64,000 bases of DNA from Leucoraja ocellata (Eukaryota). Where the stretch lies: contig JAWMAR010000388.1 in NCBI GenBank assembly GCA_036785375.1, positions 186,001-250,000 of the forward strand. Reading direction: 5' to 3'. Positions 12,924 through 24,487 of this stretch are shown one piece after another. Position numbers and translations under genes: made by a program. The notes below the pieces were generated by a model, which had not been told where the DNA came from, did no database searches, and saw only the letters and a list, made by a program, of their open reading frames with translations. How positions within the stretch are numbered: the first letter of the stretch is position 1; every line of letters begins with the position of its first letter.

Positions 12924-14129
12924 CTATGTTTGATGCGTCAAGCGCCATATCCTATTTTGTTAGGAAAGGAATGCGTAGATAATAATTCTTCCCTTACAAT
13001 GCAGCTAAAACCCATCCGTTGCTGATGTCCAGTGTCTGTATCCCATATGACATATTTGGTAATTGGTGATTATGTCTGGATACGAGTAGATCGGCATCTG
13101 GTGTTCCATATTGTGTAGAAACATCAGCAAATACTATAGCCCAATATCCATTTGGTGTTCTCCTCCAAATTCCTCTCTCGATATATCAGCTGGACTAGAA
13201 GATTATGTGTTATAAAATTCTATTGTGTATCCCCGGATACTGTTTAAGATATGAGTGTCAAAAAATTATTTATTCGATGTCTTCTCGCACCAACCTCCTT
13301 TCTTCCTCTGGTTTTACTGTTGTCATCTGGATCCCCGAGGCCGTGTGTTGTGGGTGTACACATCTTCAGATATAGGGGCGATACCTTTGAGGATGATGTT
13401 TGGACGTTTAGATGAGCTCCAATTTGGCTTCATTGTCCAATTCCTTGACCTTCTAGATTGGTCACCTCCAAATAAAAAAATTTTGCTCGGAGGTTTCGGG
13501 TTTACACAGGCCCGTGTCAATCCCGGTTGGATGTAACCAGATGCATAAATTGATTAGTTTAGTACACTCAGGGATTTACAATCCCCAGTGGCAAGTGACC
13601 GCTATGGTGTCAGCTAATGTTTTCCCCTGCAGTAGATAGAAAACATATGGTCTATGCTGGTTTCTAACCTGGTTTGTAGATCTTTCCCAGTTAGCTTTAC
13701 TCACAGCTGTACTGTTATTCCCCCTGAAACATAGACAGACATTCCCATGTGACTTCCCAGGTGGGAATGGAATTTGTCAGTAAATTTTTGGACTGCTAAA
13801 TCCTTCAGTCACAACATAAGTATTCCTGTATTTCTATCAGGAAAAGACCAATAATGCACTCTATGTACTTTGTGACTTAGAAAAAGCATCTCTTACATCT
13901 GTTTACCTGTCCAGGGTTTGCCCTAGACTTGACCCCAGCACTCTTCGGACAAAAGAGTCTACTGGAGGGAGAGAAGCATGATTATAGCCCTAAGAAAAGG
14001 TGCTGTATCCTTCTCCCTAAGTCTGTCTTTTCCTCCAGCACTTCCCTGTAATAGTAGAAGTGAGATACAGCCCTGTATAAGGTGCTGCTATGGGACTTAC
14101 CCACTCAAGGATTTGTTCTTCTTTTTTGG

Positions 14130-14600
14130 ACCTGCATCGCTGCAAACGCGGTATGTTCTCGCAGGTGCATGTCCCGCAGTGTCAACGCGTTGCAGTGCTC
14201 ACGGGCACTGAGTCCCCTGTAGTGCCGTTGGCCTGCAGTGCTCCAAAGCGCGGTGCAGTGCTCACGGCACTGAGCCGCCCGTAGTACCGTTAGCCTGCAG
14301 TGCTCCAACGCGGTTCAGTCCTCTCGGGGAGCTGGCCGCTCGCAACCGCAGGTATGGTGGTTTTGACACGGTGCAGTGCTCTGCACTGTGCCGCTCCTTT
14401 CCCACGTGGGCCTGCGGTGCTCCAACGCGGTTGAGTCCTCTAGGGGAGCTGGCCGCTCGCAACCGCAGGTATGGTGGTTTTAACGCGGTGCAGTGCTCCC
14501 CACTGTGCCGCTGCTTCCCCCTTGGGCCTGCTGTGCTCCAACGCGGTGCAGTCCTCTCGGGGAACTGGCCGCTCGCGACGCAGGCCCAGCAGCTCCAACG
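14130..14600. repeat. GC-rich tandem repeats (~120-bp period with shorter subunits) in the 5' region of the DIRS element
   Basis: 14290-14409 closely resembles 14410-14529; recurring GTGCTCCAACGCGG. Confidence 0.8.
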
Positions 14601-15452
14601 CGTACCCGGTGCTCACGGGCAACGACCGCTCGCTGCTATTTTTATTTCTCAGCCCCACGGACCCATGTAGCGCTCCTTACCCTGTAGGTCCTTGGGCTTT
14701 TCCGAATCGTCAGATTGACGGCTCCCGAGTGCTCCATCGGTTGTCGGCGACCCGTACCCTTGCTGGAGCTGAAGTCGCACCGGCTCCCGCCAAGGGAGAT
14801 TGTCGTGCCACCGGCCATTGCTGGCTGCCTGCTCCTATATAGCAGCTCTCCCCCGCCAGCTTTCCACAGCCTTCCTGTAAACAAAGGTAAGTACAAAAGA
14901 AACAAAGTTCTCTTACCTACTGTTGCAGGTTCCAAACCTGCCGTTTGGGAGGAACGTCCTTCCTTCCCCCAATGACTCGTTGCAATGCGTGTAGCAATAA
15001 TGATACGCATGCGTACTGGCGGGGTCTTCATGTAGTCACTCACGTGACTCCGAAGTAAAATATAAATGAACACATGCCAAGATATTTTTTCATTCTATAT
15101 TAGTAAAGTAATATAGTGTATACATACCTACATTGATGCAGAAGTGCGAGCATTAGACATGAAAACTGTGCATTGCTACCATAGTTTAGTTTTTAATTTA
15201 ACATATATTTGAGGGAAATTTACATATATTTGAGGGAAATGAGTTACCCTATTTCCTGGCAATGAAGACGCACCACCATTTGAGTTGCTAAATTTTGAAA
15301 AAAGGATGGCGGGACAGGATCGAGGGTTTGGTTTAGTCCAGGGGTCCGCAGCCTTTTTTGCACAGGGGCCAGGACCCTCCAGGACTAGTTGCAGTTCCCA
15401 GGTCACCTGCGAGCCCCGGGTCTAGCTGCAGTTCCCAGGTCACCTGCGAGCC

Positions 15453-17729
15453 TTCTGTGAGTTCTTCATTAGGATGGAGAGTGACATTGTTAATTCAGAA
15501 ACAATGGTTTTGAACTTAAAGAAAGGTAACTTTGAGGGTATGAGACGTGAATTGGCCAAGATTGACTGGCAATTAATTCTAAAAGGGTTGACGGTGGATA
15601 TGCAATGGAAGGCATTTAAAGACTGCATGGATGAACTACAAAAATTGTTCATCCCAGTTTGGCAAAAGAATAAATCAGGGAAGGTAGTGCATCCATGGAT
15701 AACAAGGGAAATCAGGGATAGTATCAAAGCAAAGGATGATGCGTACAAACTAGCCAGAAAAAGCAGCATACCGGAGGACTGGGAGAAATTCAGAGACCAG
15801 CAGAGGAGGACGAAGGGCTTAATTAGAAAAGGAAAAATGGATTATGAAAGAAAACTGGCAGTGAACATAAAATCTGACTGCAAAAGTTTTTATAGATATG
15901 TGAAAAGAAAGAGATTAGTTAAAACAAATGTAGGTCCCTTGCAGTCAGAAACAGGTGAGTTGATCATGGGGAACCAGGATATGGCGGACCAATTGAATAA
16001 CTACTTTGGTTCCGTCTTCACTAAGGAAGACATAAATGATCTGCAGAGGCCCGCGGGTCAAAGGAGGTGGAGGAATTGAGTGAAATCCAGGTTAGTCGGG
16101 AAGTGGTGTTGGGTAAATTGAATGGATTAAAGGCCGATAAATCCCCAGGGCCAGATAGGCTGCATCCCAGAGTACTTAAGGAAGTAGCTCCAGAAATAGT
16201 GGATGCATTAGTAATAATCTTTCAAAACTCCTTAGATTCTGGAGTAGTTCCAGAGGATTGGCGGGTAGCAAACGTAACCCCACTTTTTAAGAAGGGAGGG
16301 AGAGAGAAAACGGGGAATTACAGACCAGTTAGCCTAACATCGGTAGTGGGGAAACTGCTAGAGTCAGTTATTAAAGATGGGATAGCAGCACATTTGGAAA
16401 GTGGTGAAATCATTGGACAAAGTCAGCATGGATTTACGAAAGGTAAATCATGTCTGACGAATCTTATAGAATTTTTCGAGGATGTAACTAGTAGCGTGGA
16501 TAGGGGAGAACCAGTGGATGTGGTGTATCTGGACTTCCAGAAGGCTTTCGACAAGGTCCCACATAAGAGATTAGTATACAAACTTAAAGCACATGGCATT
16601 GGGGGTTCAGTATTGATGTGGATAGAGAACTGGCTGGCAAACAGGAAGCAAAGAGTAGGAGTAAACGGGTCCTTTTCACAATGGCAGGCAGTGACTAGTG
16701 GGGTACCGCAAGGCTCAGTACTGGGACCCCAGCTATTTACAATATATATTAATGATCTGGATGAGGGAATTGAAGGCAATATCTCCAAGTTTGCGGATGA
16801 CACTAAGCTGGGGGGCAGTGTTAGGTGTGAGGAGGATGCTAGGAGACTGCAAGGTGACTTGGATAGGCTGGGTGAGTGGGCAAATGTTTGGCAGATGCAG
16901 TTTAATGTGGATAAATGTGAGGTTATCCATTTTGGTGGCAGAAACGGGAAAGCAGATTATTATCTAAACGGTGGCCGATTGGGAAAGGGGGAGATGCAGC
17001 GAGACCTGGGTGTCATGGTACACCAGTCATTGAAGGTAGGCATGCAGGTGCAGCAGGCAGTAAAGAAAGCGAATGGCATGTTGGCTTTCATAGCAAGAGG
17101 ATTTGAGTATAGGAGCAGGGAGGTTCTACTGCAGTTGTATAGGGTCTTGGTGAGACCACACCTGGAGTATTGCGTGCAGTTTTGGTCTCCAAATCTGAGG
17201 AAGGACATTATTGCCATAGAGGGAGTGCAGAGAAGGTTCACCAGACTGATTCCTGGGATGTCAGGACTGTCTTATGAAGAAAGACTGGATAGACTTGGTT
17301 TATACTCTCTAGAGTTTAGGAGATTGAGAGGGGATCTTATAGAAACTTACAAAATTCTTAAGGGGTTGGACAGGCTAGATGCAGGAAGATTGTTTCCGAT
17401 GTTGGGGAAGTCCAGGACAAGGGGTCACAGCTTAAGGATATGGGGGAAATCCTTTAAAACCGAGATGAGGAGAACTTTTTTCACACAGAGAGTGGTGAAT
17501 CTCTGGAACTCTCTGCCACAGAGGGTAGTTGAGGCCAGTTCATTGGCTATATTTAAGAGGGAGTTAGATGTGGCCCTTGTGGCCAAGGGGATCAGAGGGT
17601 ATGGAGAAAAGGCAGGTACGGGATACTGAGTTGGATGATCAGCCATGATCATATTAAATGGCGGTGCAGGCTCGAAGTAGCCCGAATGGCCTACTCCTGC
17701 ACCTAATTTCTATGTTTCTATGTTTCTAT
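15453..17729 (+). mobile_element. Young 5'-truncated CR1 LINE
   Basis: ORFs 15474-16079 and 16067-17629; (TTTCTATG)n tail; short TSD GAGCC at 15448-15452 and 17730-17734. Confidence 0.95.
16067..17629 (+). CDS. CR1 ORF2 reverse transcriptase domain (open to the native stop, 5' truncated)
   Basis: KSPGPD, NYRPVSLTS, QHGF, GVPQGSVLGP and FADD motifs. Confidence 0.85.
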   Translation: MEELSEIQVSREVVLGKLNGLKADKSPGPDRLHPRVLKEVAPEIVDALVIIFQNSLDSGVVPEDWRVANVTPLFKKGGREKTGNYRPVSLTSVVGKLLESVIKDGIAAHLESGEIIGQSQHGFTKGKSCLTNLIEFFEDVTSSVDRGEPVDVVYLDFQKAFDKVPHKRLVYKLKAHGIGGSVLMWIENWLANRKQRVGVNGSFSQWQAVTSGVPQGSVLGPQLFTIYINDLDEGIEGNISKFADDTKLGGSVRCEEDARRLQGDLDRLGEWANVWQMQFNVDKCEVIHFGGRNGKADYYLNGGRLGKGEMQRDLGVMVHQSLKVGMQVQQAVKKANGMLAFIARGFEYRSREVLLQLYRVLVRPHLEYCVQFWSPNLRKDIIAIEGVQRRFTRLIPGMSGLSYEERLDRLGLYSLEFRRLRGDLIETYKILKGLDRLDAGRLFPMLGKSRTRGHSLRIWGKSFKTEMRRTFFTQRVVNLWNSLPQRVVEASSLAIFKRELDVALVAKGIRGYGEKAGTGY

Positions 17730-18820
17730 GAGCCCTGGGTCTAGCTGCAGTTCCCAGGTCACCTGCGAGCCCCGGGTCTAGCTGCAGTTCCCAGGTCACC
17801 TGCGAGCCCCGGGTCTAGCTGCGGTTCCACTGTCCGGGCCCGGCAGCCACCCGAACTCTGAGTGAATTTTTAAATGTGAATATCTCATAACTAAACATTT
17901 GTGGGTTAGCAGTATATTGCATCAAGCCACTCAATTTTAAATCATTCTACAACAAAATTCATAAACAAGGATAACACTTTTTATTTCTGTCATTAATGGT
18001 AAGATTTACATAATTTATTGTTTTATGTGTGAGATATACAGAGTGTTCAGAACAAAGACGGCAGTTCTTTGACAAGTACTCCATAGTTCGCTGTAGGAGA
18101 TCTTATCAACGAGTATTCTGGACCCACTGTCAACATCTGAAATTACAGTAACATATCATATAGAATTAACATAAGAACAAATCTGATTATAACTACATAA
18201 CTGCAGAATGGATGATATGTCACTTAAATGCAATTGTTTTCAGGGGTGGGGAGAGACATGTATATTGAAGATGCATTTTTCCTCTAGTAGGTCAATTTAT
18301 GCCTACTGAATAAAGTCTGTATTCATGCCTATATTCTGTTGTGCTGAAGCAAAGCAAGAATTTCATTGTCCTATCTGGGATGACATGACAATAAACTCTC
18401 TTGGCTTGATTTGACTTGATTTAACTTAAATGTAGAAGAGCTTACAATACCATGCCTGCCTTACGACAAGAACAAAACCAAAAATGTACAGCAGTGTAAA
18501 AATTGATACCCTTATTATTGTTTAATATGAACTGCAGATGCTGGAAAATCGAAGGTAGACAAAAATGCTGGAGAAATTCTTATGGAGCTAGAGCATTTTT
18601 GTCTACCTTTGTTATTGTGCTAAGTCTATATCTATAAAAGAAGACTTTCTAATAACTTGCTCATGTACCAAAAAATGTCTTATATAATATAATACATTGT
18701 CAGGATCATAAGAATAGAATGATATATGTTACGGTCATCATACATTGGGAAGGAAATTAAGGCGTTAATGTGTGTTCCTCGTGGCTTGTCGTTGTTCCCT
18801 ACAACACCATTTATCATGTA

Positions 18821-19556
18821 CCAGACTGTGGGACCCGTTGGGTCCCAGCATCACACGGGAGGGCCGGTCACCAACGCAATATTCCACATCTCCACCAATT
18901 CCAATACTGCTCGCCAGTGGGGGGGTGGGGGGGGGGCTGTCTGTTGCGCTAGTATGTTAGGTGTTGCGGGCCGAAGGCACTGGTTTCCAGAGGGCTAGTA
19001 TAGACATTGTGGGCCGTATGGATGCTTGAGCAGGCATCCAACTGTTGCAACGATTTTAAAAGCCAAGCCAAGGCAAACAATTGGGCTGCAGACACCCGAC
19101 AACCAAAATTCATTTTGTGAACACAAACTTGTCAAAAAGGCGAGGCAAACAATTGGGCTGCAGACACACGACAACCAAAATTCATTTTGCGAACACAAAC
19201 TTGTTAAAAAAGGCTGCAGCCACTTTAAAGTCGCATCGAGGGGACTCACCGTGGAGTAGACGTGTGTTCAGTGTTATTCGCAGCTCAGAGAGCCGTGACC
19301 ATCTCGCTTCCTGGTCTGGCAGAGACTGAATGAGGCACGACACGCCAGCGGGGGCAGCAGAGAGAATGGGGAATTTTGTAAAAACATTAATATCTCTCTC
19401 ATTTTTCATCGACGGAAAAAATCCTCCGCACTCATATGGCAGAGCGGGGCTCTGAGCGAGGTGGCCAAAAATGACGGCCGTAGGTGGCGGCGTTCTCTCA
19501 GAAATCGCAGCACAGTTGGCCAAAAGCGGTCAAGATCAGAGATTTAGTAATATAGA
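18821..19556 (-). mobile_element. Non-autonomous Helitron
   Basis: Minus strand starts A|TC and ends CTGG|T (CTRR). Subterminal hairpin GGGACCC-GTT-GGGTCCC (18830-18846). No TSD; the flanks rejoin as CCATTTATCATGTA|TTTT, a unit of the adjacent repeat. Confidence 0.8.
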
Positions 19557-20241
19557 TTTTAAACACCATTGATCCGTGTACATTGTGTATATTTAACCAT
19601 TTATCATGTATTTTGAACACCATTAATCCGTGTACGTTGTGTATATTTAACCATTTATCCTGTATTTTAAACACTATTTCAAACCTGCTTAAACACAAGC
19701 CGATTCGGGATCTCCGCGGCTAGGAGGTCCCGAATTGGCCGCCTCCTACTGGAGACCGGGGCTTCATGATGTTGTAGGCCGCGGGCCGGCGATCGGAGCT
19801 TTTCTCCGGTGAGGGATCCTAGACTCCGCGAGAAAAAGTGCACGCTGCCCCCGCGACTAGAAGCTCCACACACCACGGCTTCAGGGTGTTATAGTCTGCG
19901 GGCCAGCGATCAGAGCAATTCTTCTGGTGACCCCCGGCTCCGCGATCTGAGCTATAGGAAGAGATCGGCCTCAAGACAGAAAGTTATAATTTTTTTCTTA
20001 CCTTTTGTCTTTAGTGGGGAATCTGAAGAAAGACTGCTAAAATGTGCTCGAATCGCTTACATTTACTATAGCAGAACAGCTCGCTACGCTGGTAGATGTG
20101 GACGCCATGATAGAAGCCCATTTAAATAAAACGCTCATATATATGATTCTCAAAATGGCGTGCAAAAAATTACCCATGAGCCTATGACCGTACTACAGCT
20201 TTTTCGTCGAGTGGTTTATCTTGCTCCTCTATAATCTTTGG

Positions 20242-21129
20242 TGTGAACTGTGAGGAGGATGCTATGACAATGCAAGGTGACTTGGACAGGTTGGGTGAGT
20301 GGGCAGATGCATGGCAGATTAAGTTTAAAGTGGATAAATGTGAGGTTATTCACTTTGGTAGCAAAAACAGGAAGGCAGATTACTATCTAAATGGCGTCAA
20401 GTTGGGAAAAGGGGAAGTACAATGGGATCGGGGGTCTTTGTACATCAGCCTATGAAAGTAAGCATGCAGGTACAGCAGGCAGTGAAGAAAACAAATGGCA
20501 TGTTGGCCTTAATAACAAGAGGAATCGAATATTGGAGCAAAGAGGTCCTTCTGCAGTTGTACAGAGCCCTAGTGAGACCACACATGGAGCATTGTGTGCA
20601 GTTTTGGTCCCCTAATTTGAGGAATGACATTCTTGCTATTGAGGGAGTGCAACGTAGGTTTACAAGGTAATTCCTGGGATGGCGAGATTGTCATATGCTG
20701 AGAGAATGGAGCAGCTGGGCTTGTACACTCTGGAGTTTAGAAGGATGAGAAGATATCTCATTGAAACATATAAGATTGTTAAGGTTTTGGACACGCTAAA
20801 GGCAGGAAACATGTTCCTGATGTTGGGGGAGTCCGGAGTCCAGGGGCCACAGTTTAAGAATGAGTAAGCCATTTAGAACGGAGACGAGGAAACACTTTTT
20901 CTCACAGAGAGTGGTGAGTCTGTGGAATTCTCTGCCTCAGAGCGCGGTGGAGGCGGGTTCTCTGGATGCTTTCAAGAGAGAGGGCTCTTAAAAATAGCGG
21001 AGTCAGGGGATATGGGGAGAAGGCAGGAACGGGGTAATGATTGGGGATGATCAGCCATGATCACTTTGAATGGCGGTGCTGGCTCGAAGGGCTGAATGGC
21101 CTACTGCACCTATTGTCTATTGTCTATTG
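20242..21129 (+). mobile_element. CR1 LINE, 3' half of the copy starting at 7558
   Basis: Resumes TGTGAACTGTGAGGAGGATGC; (ATTGTCT)n tail. Confidence 0.9.
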
Positions 21130-22255
21130 ACTCTCTAGGTGAAAACGTTTTTCCTCATCTCATTCCTAAATGGCCTATCCCTGAATCTTAAACAGTGAGC
21201 CTGGTTTTGGACTCCCCCAACATCGGGACCATCATGCTTGCATCTACCCTGTCCAATGCTCTAATAATTTATGTTTGTATAAGATGCCCTCTCATCCTAC
21301 TAAATTCCAGCAAATTCAAGTCCAATCTACGCATTCTTTCATCATACGTCAGTCCTGTCATCCCAGGAATTAACCTGGTGAACCTACGCTGCACTCACTC
21401 AATAGCAATAATGTCCTTCCTCAAATTAGGGGATCTAAATGGCACACAATACTCCAGGTGCGGTCTCACCAGGGCTCTGTACAACTGCAGTAGAACCTCT
21501 AAACTCAAATCATCTCACTATGAAGACCAACATGCTATTTGCTTTCTTCACTGTTTACTGTACCTGCATGCTCACTTTCAGCACAGCCAGGTCTCGTTGC
21601 ACCTCCCCTTCTCATAATCTTGACGCCATTCAGGTAATAATCTGCCTTCTTGTTTGTGCCACCAAAGTGGATAACCTCACATTAATCCACATTATACAGC
21701 ACTGCCATGCTTCTTCCCACTCAACTAACCTATACGTCACCCCGCAGTCTCATAGAATCTTCCTCGCAGCCCACACTGCCACCCAGCATTGTGTCACCTG
21801 CAAACTTATTGTTACATTTCATTCCATCGTCTAAAGCGTTAATATATATTGTGAACAATGGGGGTCCTTGCAGCGATCCTTGCGGCACCCCACTAGTCAC
21901 GGCCTGCCAGTAGATCCCCGCTCCCATAGTTTTTCCGGGGAGATTGTTTGTGTCGTCCTTAGTGAAGACAAAACTGAAGTACTCGTTTAACTGGTCTGCC
22001 ATTTCATGTTTCTCATTATAAATTCACCTGTTTCTGACTGTAACGGACCTATATTTGCCTTCACTAATCTCTTCCTCTTCACATATCTTAAAAGGTTTTT
22101 ACAGTCAGTTATTAAATTCTCTGCAAGCTTTCTTTCATGCTCTATTTCCCCCCCCCCCCCCCCCCCCACCCTTTTGTCCTCCTCTGTTGAATTCTAAATG
22201 TCTCCCAGTCCTCCGGTTTGCTGCTTTCTCTGGCCAATTTCTATGCCTCTATTAG
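21130..22255 (-). mobile_element. Old CR1, continuation of 7338-7557, with an internal deletion near 21910
   Basis: Antisense ORFs ([11 protein letters not shown]; [19 protein letters not shown]). Confidence 0.85.
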
Positions 22256-22404
22256 ATTAACACGATCTTCATGATCTACATTTTCAATGACCTGAGAATA
22301 TTTTCGGGTGTAGAGTGAGCAGTTTAAGAGAAGCATCCATGAGAAATAATGGAAATAGCCCCTTTGGGTATTTATCCTTGTGAATATATTTAATTGTAAT
22401 TTTT

Positions 22405-22670
22405 GAGATGCCGCATGGATACAGGCCCTTGTGCCTAACGAGTCCATGGCGAACATCGACCTGCCGTTCACACTAGTGTATTGTTATCCCACTTTCTCAT
22501 CCACATCGAACATATAAAAGGCAATAATACACAGCCCATTGCTGTGATCCAGATCCGTATATATCTTTGGGATGAGGTAGGAAACCGGAACCCCCGGAGA
22601 AAATCTACACGGTTGCAACCTCCACACATACAGCTCCCGAGGTAAGGATCGAACCTGGATCTGTGCAACT
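22405..22670 (-). mobile_element. tRNA-derived SINE, degraded
   Basis: Minus strand has a B-box-like GGTTCGATCC and a CCGGTTTCCTACC core similar to 44757-45375. Confidence 0.6.
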
Positions 22671-23019
22671 GTGTGGCAGTGTGCAGATTAGGACATGAGC
22701 AGGAGCATCACACTAAATACACACTCCGTGCGTTTCATAACGAATTGAGGGATCTCATCTCCACATCCAACCAATGCTGCATTTGTCCCAGTGCATTTCA
22801 TGGGAGAGAGTCAAGTAAACTTTGTCATTGGGCCTCGTCAAGGGTTACCCTCCCCTATAATATTTGTCCGAAAAACAGTTGCGAGGGCTTTGCTCAGAAT
22901 ATTAGTAGTACATCCCCCTGCTCTTGTAGAATTGGAACGAACAAGGTTTATGGAGATAACCATGTATTTACTAGAGGTGTCATTGCCCGCGGAGTGACTC
23001 CAGCGGATATACCGATAAT

Positions 23020-24487
23020 GCTTAGCTGTGATTAAATGGTTAAATCAAAGACGGATTCTATCGGTGCAAAGAAATTGACTTTTGACTGACGTCCCATCGA
23101 TGTCTGTTCAATAGACATTTTGTAACATTCTCGGTGCCAGAAACATGGTGACACATTGTGCACTACCTAGATGAGGTCTGCTGTGCGATTTTATTAGACT
23201 GTATGCAAACATAAAGAATATCACGGCTTCAGTGTGCAAAGGGAAACAATGTGGACACCTCTGGCCTTCGCTAAACTGGAAGATAATGAACATCCATTTG
23301 GTATTTTGCTCATTTTTACTCAGGTCACTAACTGTGTGGTGTGTGACTAACAATCATACCCACTATATGAACTACCTGATAACCCTGTGTCAGATCATCT
23401 CTAAACAGATTCCATACAGAATCCAAGACACATTGATGCCCACTGTAAACGTGAAAGCTAATCCCAACCAAACACAGTAGCTGGGATTTACATGATCACA
23501 ATGGATACTCATGACAATTTAATCGAAATGATGCAGCATGTAACCAATACGATTGGTAGCTGGAAGCTTGCGAGATATAGATTGCGAGGTAGTTTTTTAT
23601 ATTTTGTTAGTTGTTATTCACCATCAGAATTTTTATTGTTTGAGCAACACACTGAAAGTGCCTGATTAATTTAGCAGCACGGCCGACAAAGGTGTTTCCT
23701 TTCAGTTACATGGTGGGCTCTTACCGATCATTCATCATTTCGCCACAGAAAATGTAGAAGAGGGGGGATATTCTGATTCAGCAGAATCTGAAATGCATTC
23801 CTTTCTTATGCTATTAATCATTTTATCATTTATTCAATGCGCATTCTTATGATAATAAGGACTATCTCTGAAGAGCCACATAAACACAAACAATTAGAGG
23901 GAAGTGTGAGGCATTAATAAAGTTAATTTAGTTTTCCCCACTGTGGACATGTAGTCTTGGAGAAGACACGGGGAACCTGATCGATACGGCAGCGAGTTAA
24001 AATGGATTTGATATAACATAGGAGGACAAAAGGTTAACAGATAGATCGCATGAGTGGGCCGTTCGATCTCAGATTACTCGTTAGAAAAATAGAAAATAGG
24101 TGCAGGAGTAGGCCATTCGGCCCTTCGAGCCAGCACCGCCACTCAATACGATCATGGCTGATCATCCAAAATCAGTACCCCGTTCCTGCTTTCTCCCCAT
24201 ATCCATTGAGTCCGTTAGCCCTAAGAGATAAATCTAACTCTATTGAAAACGTCCAGTGAATTGGCCTCCACTGCCTTCTGTGGCAGAGAATTCCACAGAT
24301 TCACATCTCTCTGGGTGAAAAAGGTTTTCCTCATCTCAGTCCGAAATGGCCTATCCCTTAAAATCTTAAACTGTGACCCCTAGTTCTGGACACCCCCAAC
24401 ATCGGGACATTATGCGTGCACCTACCCTGTCCAATGCTCTAAGAATTTTATATGTTTCTACATGATATCCTCTCATCCTTCTAAATC
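23020..24487 (+). repeat. Segmental (tandem) duplication, copy 2
   Basis: Aligns to 5606-7557 plus 21130-21305. It lacks the counterpart of 5804-6488. Confidence 0.85.

Larger units (their letters stand above)
9473..15060 (-). mobile_element. DIRS1-type tyrosine-recombinase retrotransposon (decayed ORFs, intact termini)
   Basis: 9473-9554 is the exact reverse complement of 9691-9772. 15001-15060 pairs with 9551-9582 and with ~9768-9803, the ITR plus ICR layout of DIRS1. Minus-strand remnants: RT (MASIDSKDAYY ~12705-12735) and YR (RYSQIWDISIVL; SHSS..AAATSAA; YNKPI). Confidence 0.88.
15384..17829. repeat. 37-bp minisatellite (CTAGCTGCAGTTCCCAGGTCACCTGCGAGCCCCGGGT) split by a CR1 insertion
   Basis: About 2 units at 15384-15452 and about 2.5 units at 17730-17829. 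Confidence 0.85.
8431..20241. mobile_element. 11.8-kb TIR-bounded (composite) DNA transposon insertion with 6-bp TSD
   Basis: Left TIR CCAAAGATACTAGAGGAGCAAGATAGACCACTC; right TIR (reverse complement) CCAAAGATTATAGAGGAGCAAGATAAACCACTC. TSD TGTGAA at 8425-8430 and 20242-20247. The flanks rejoin as contiguous CR1 RT (GGCAGTGTGAA|CTGTGAGGAGG). Confidence 0.85.
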
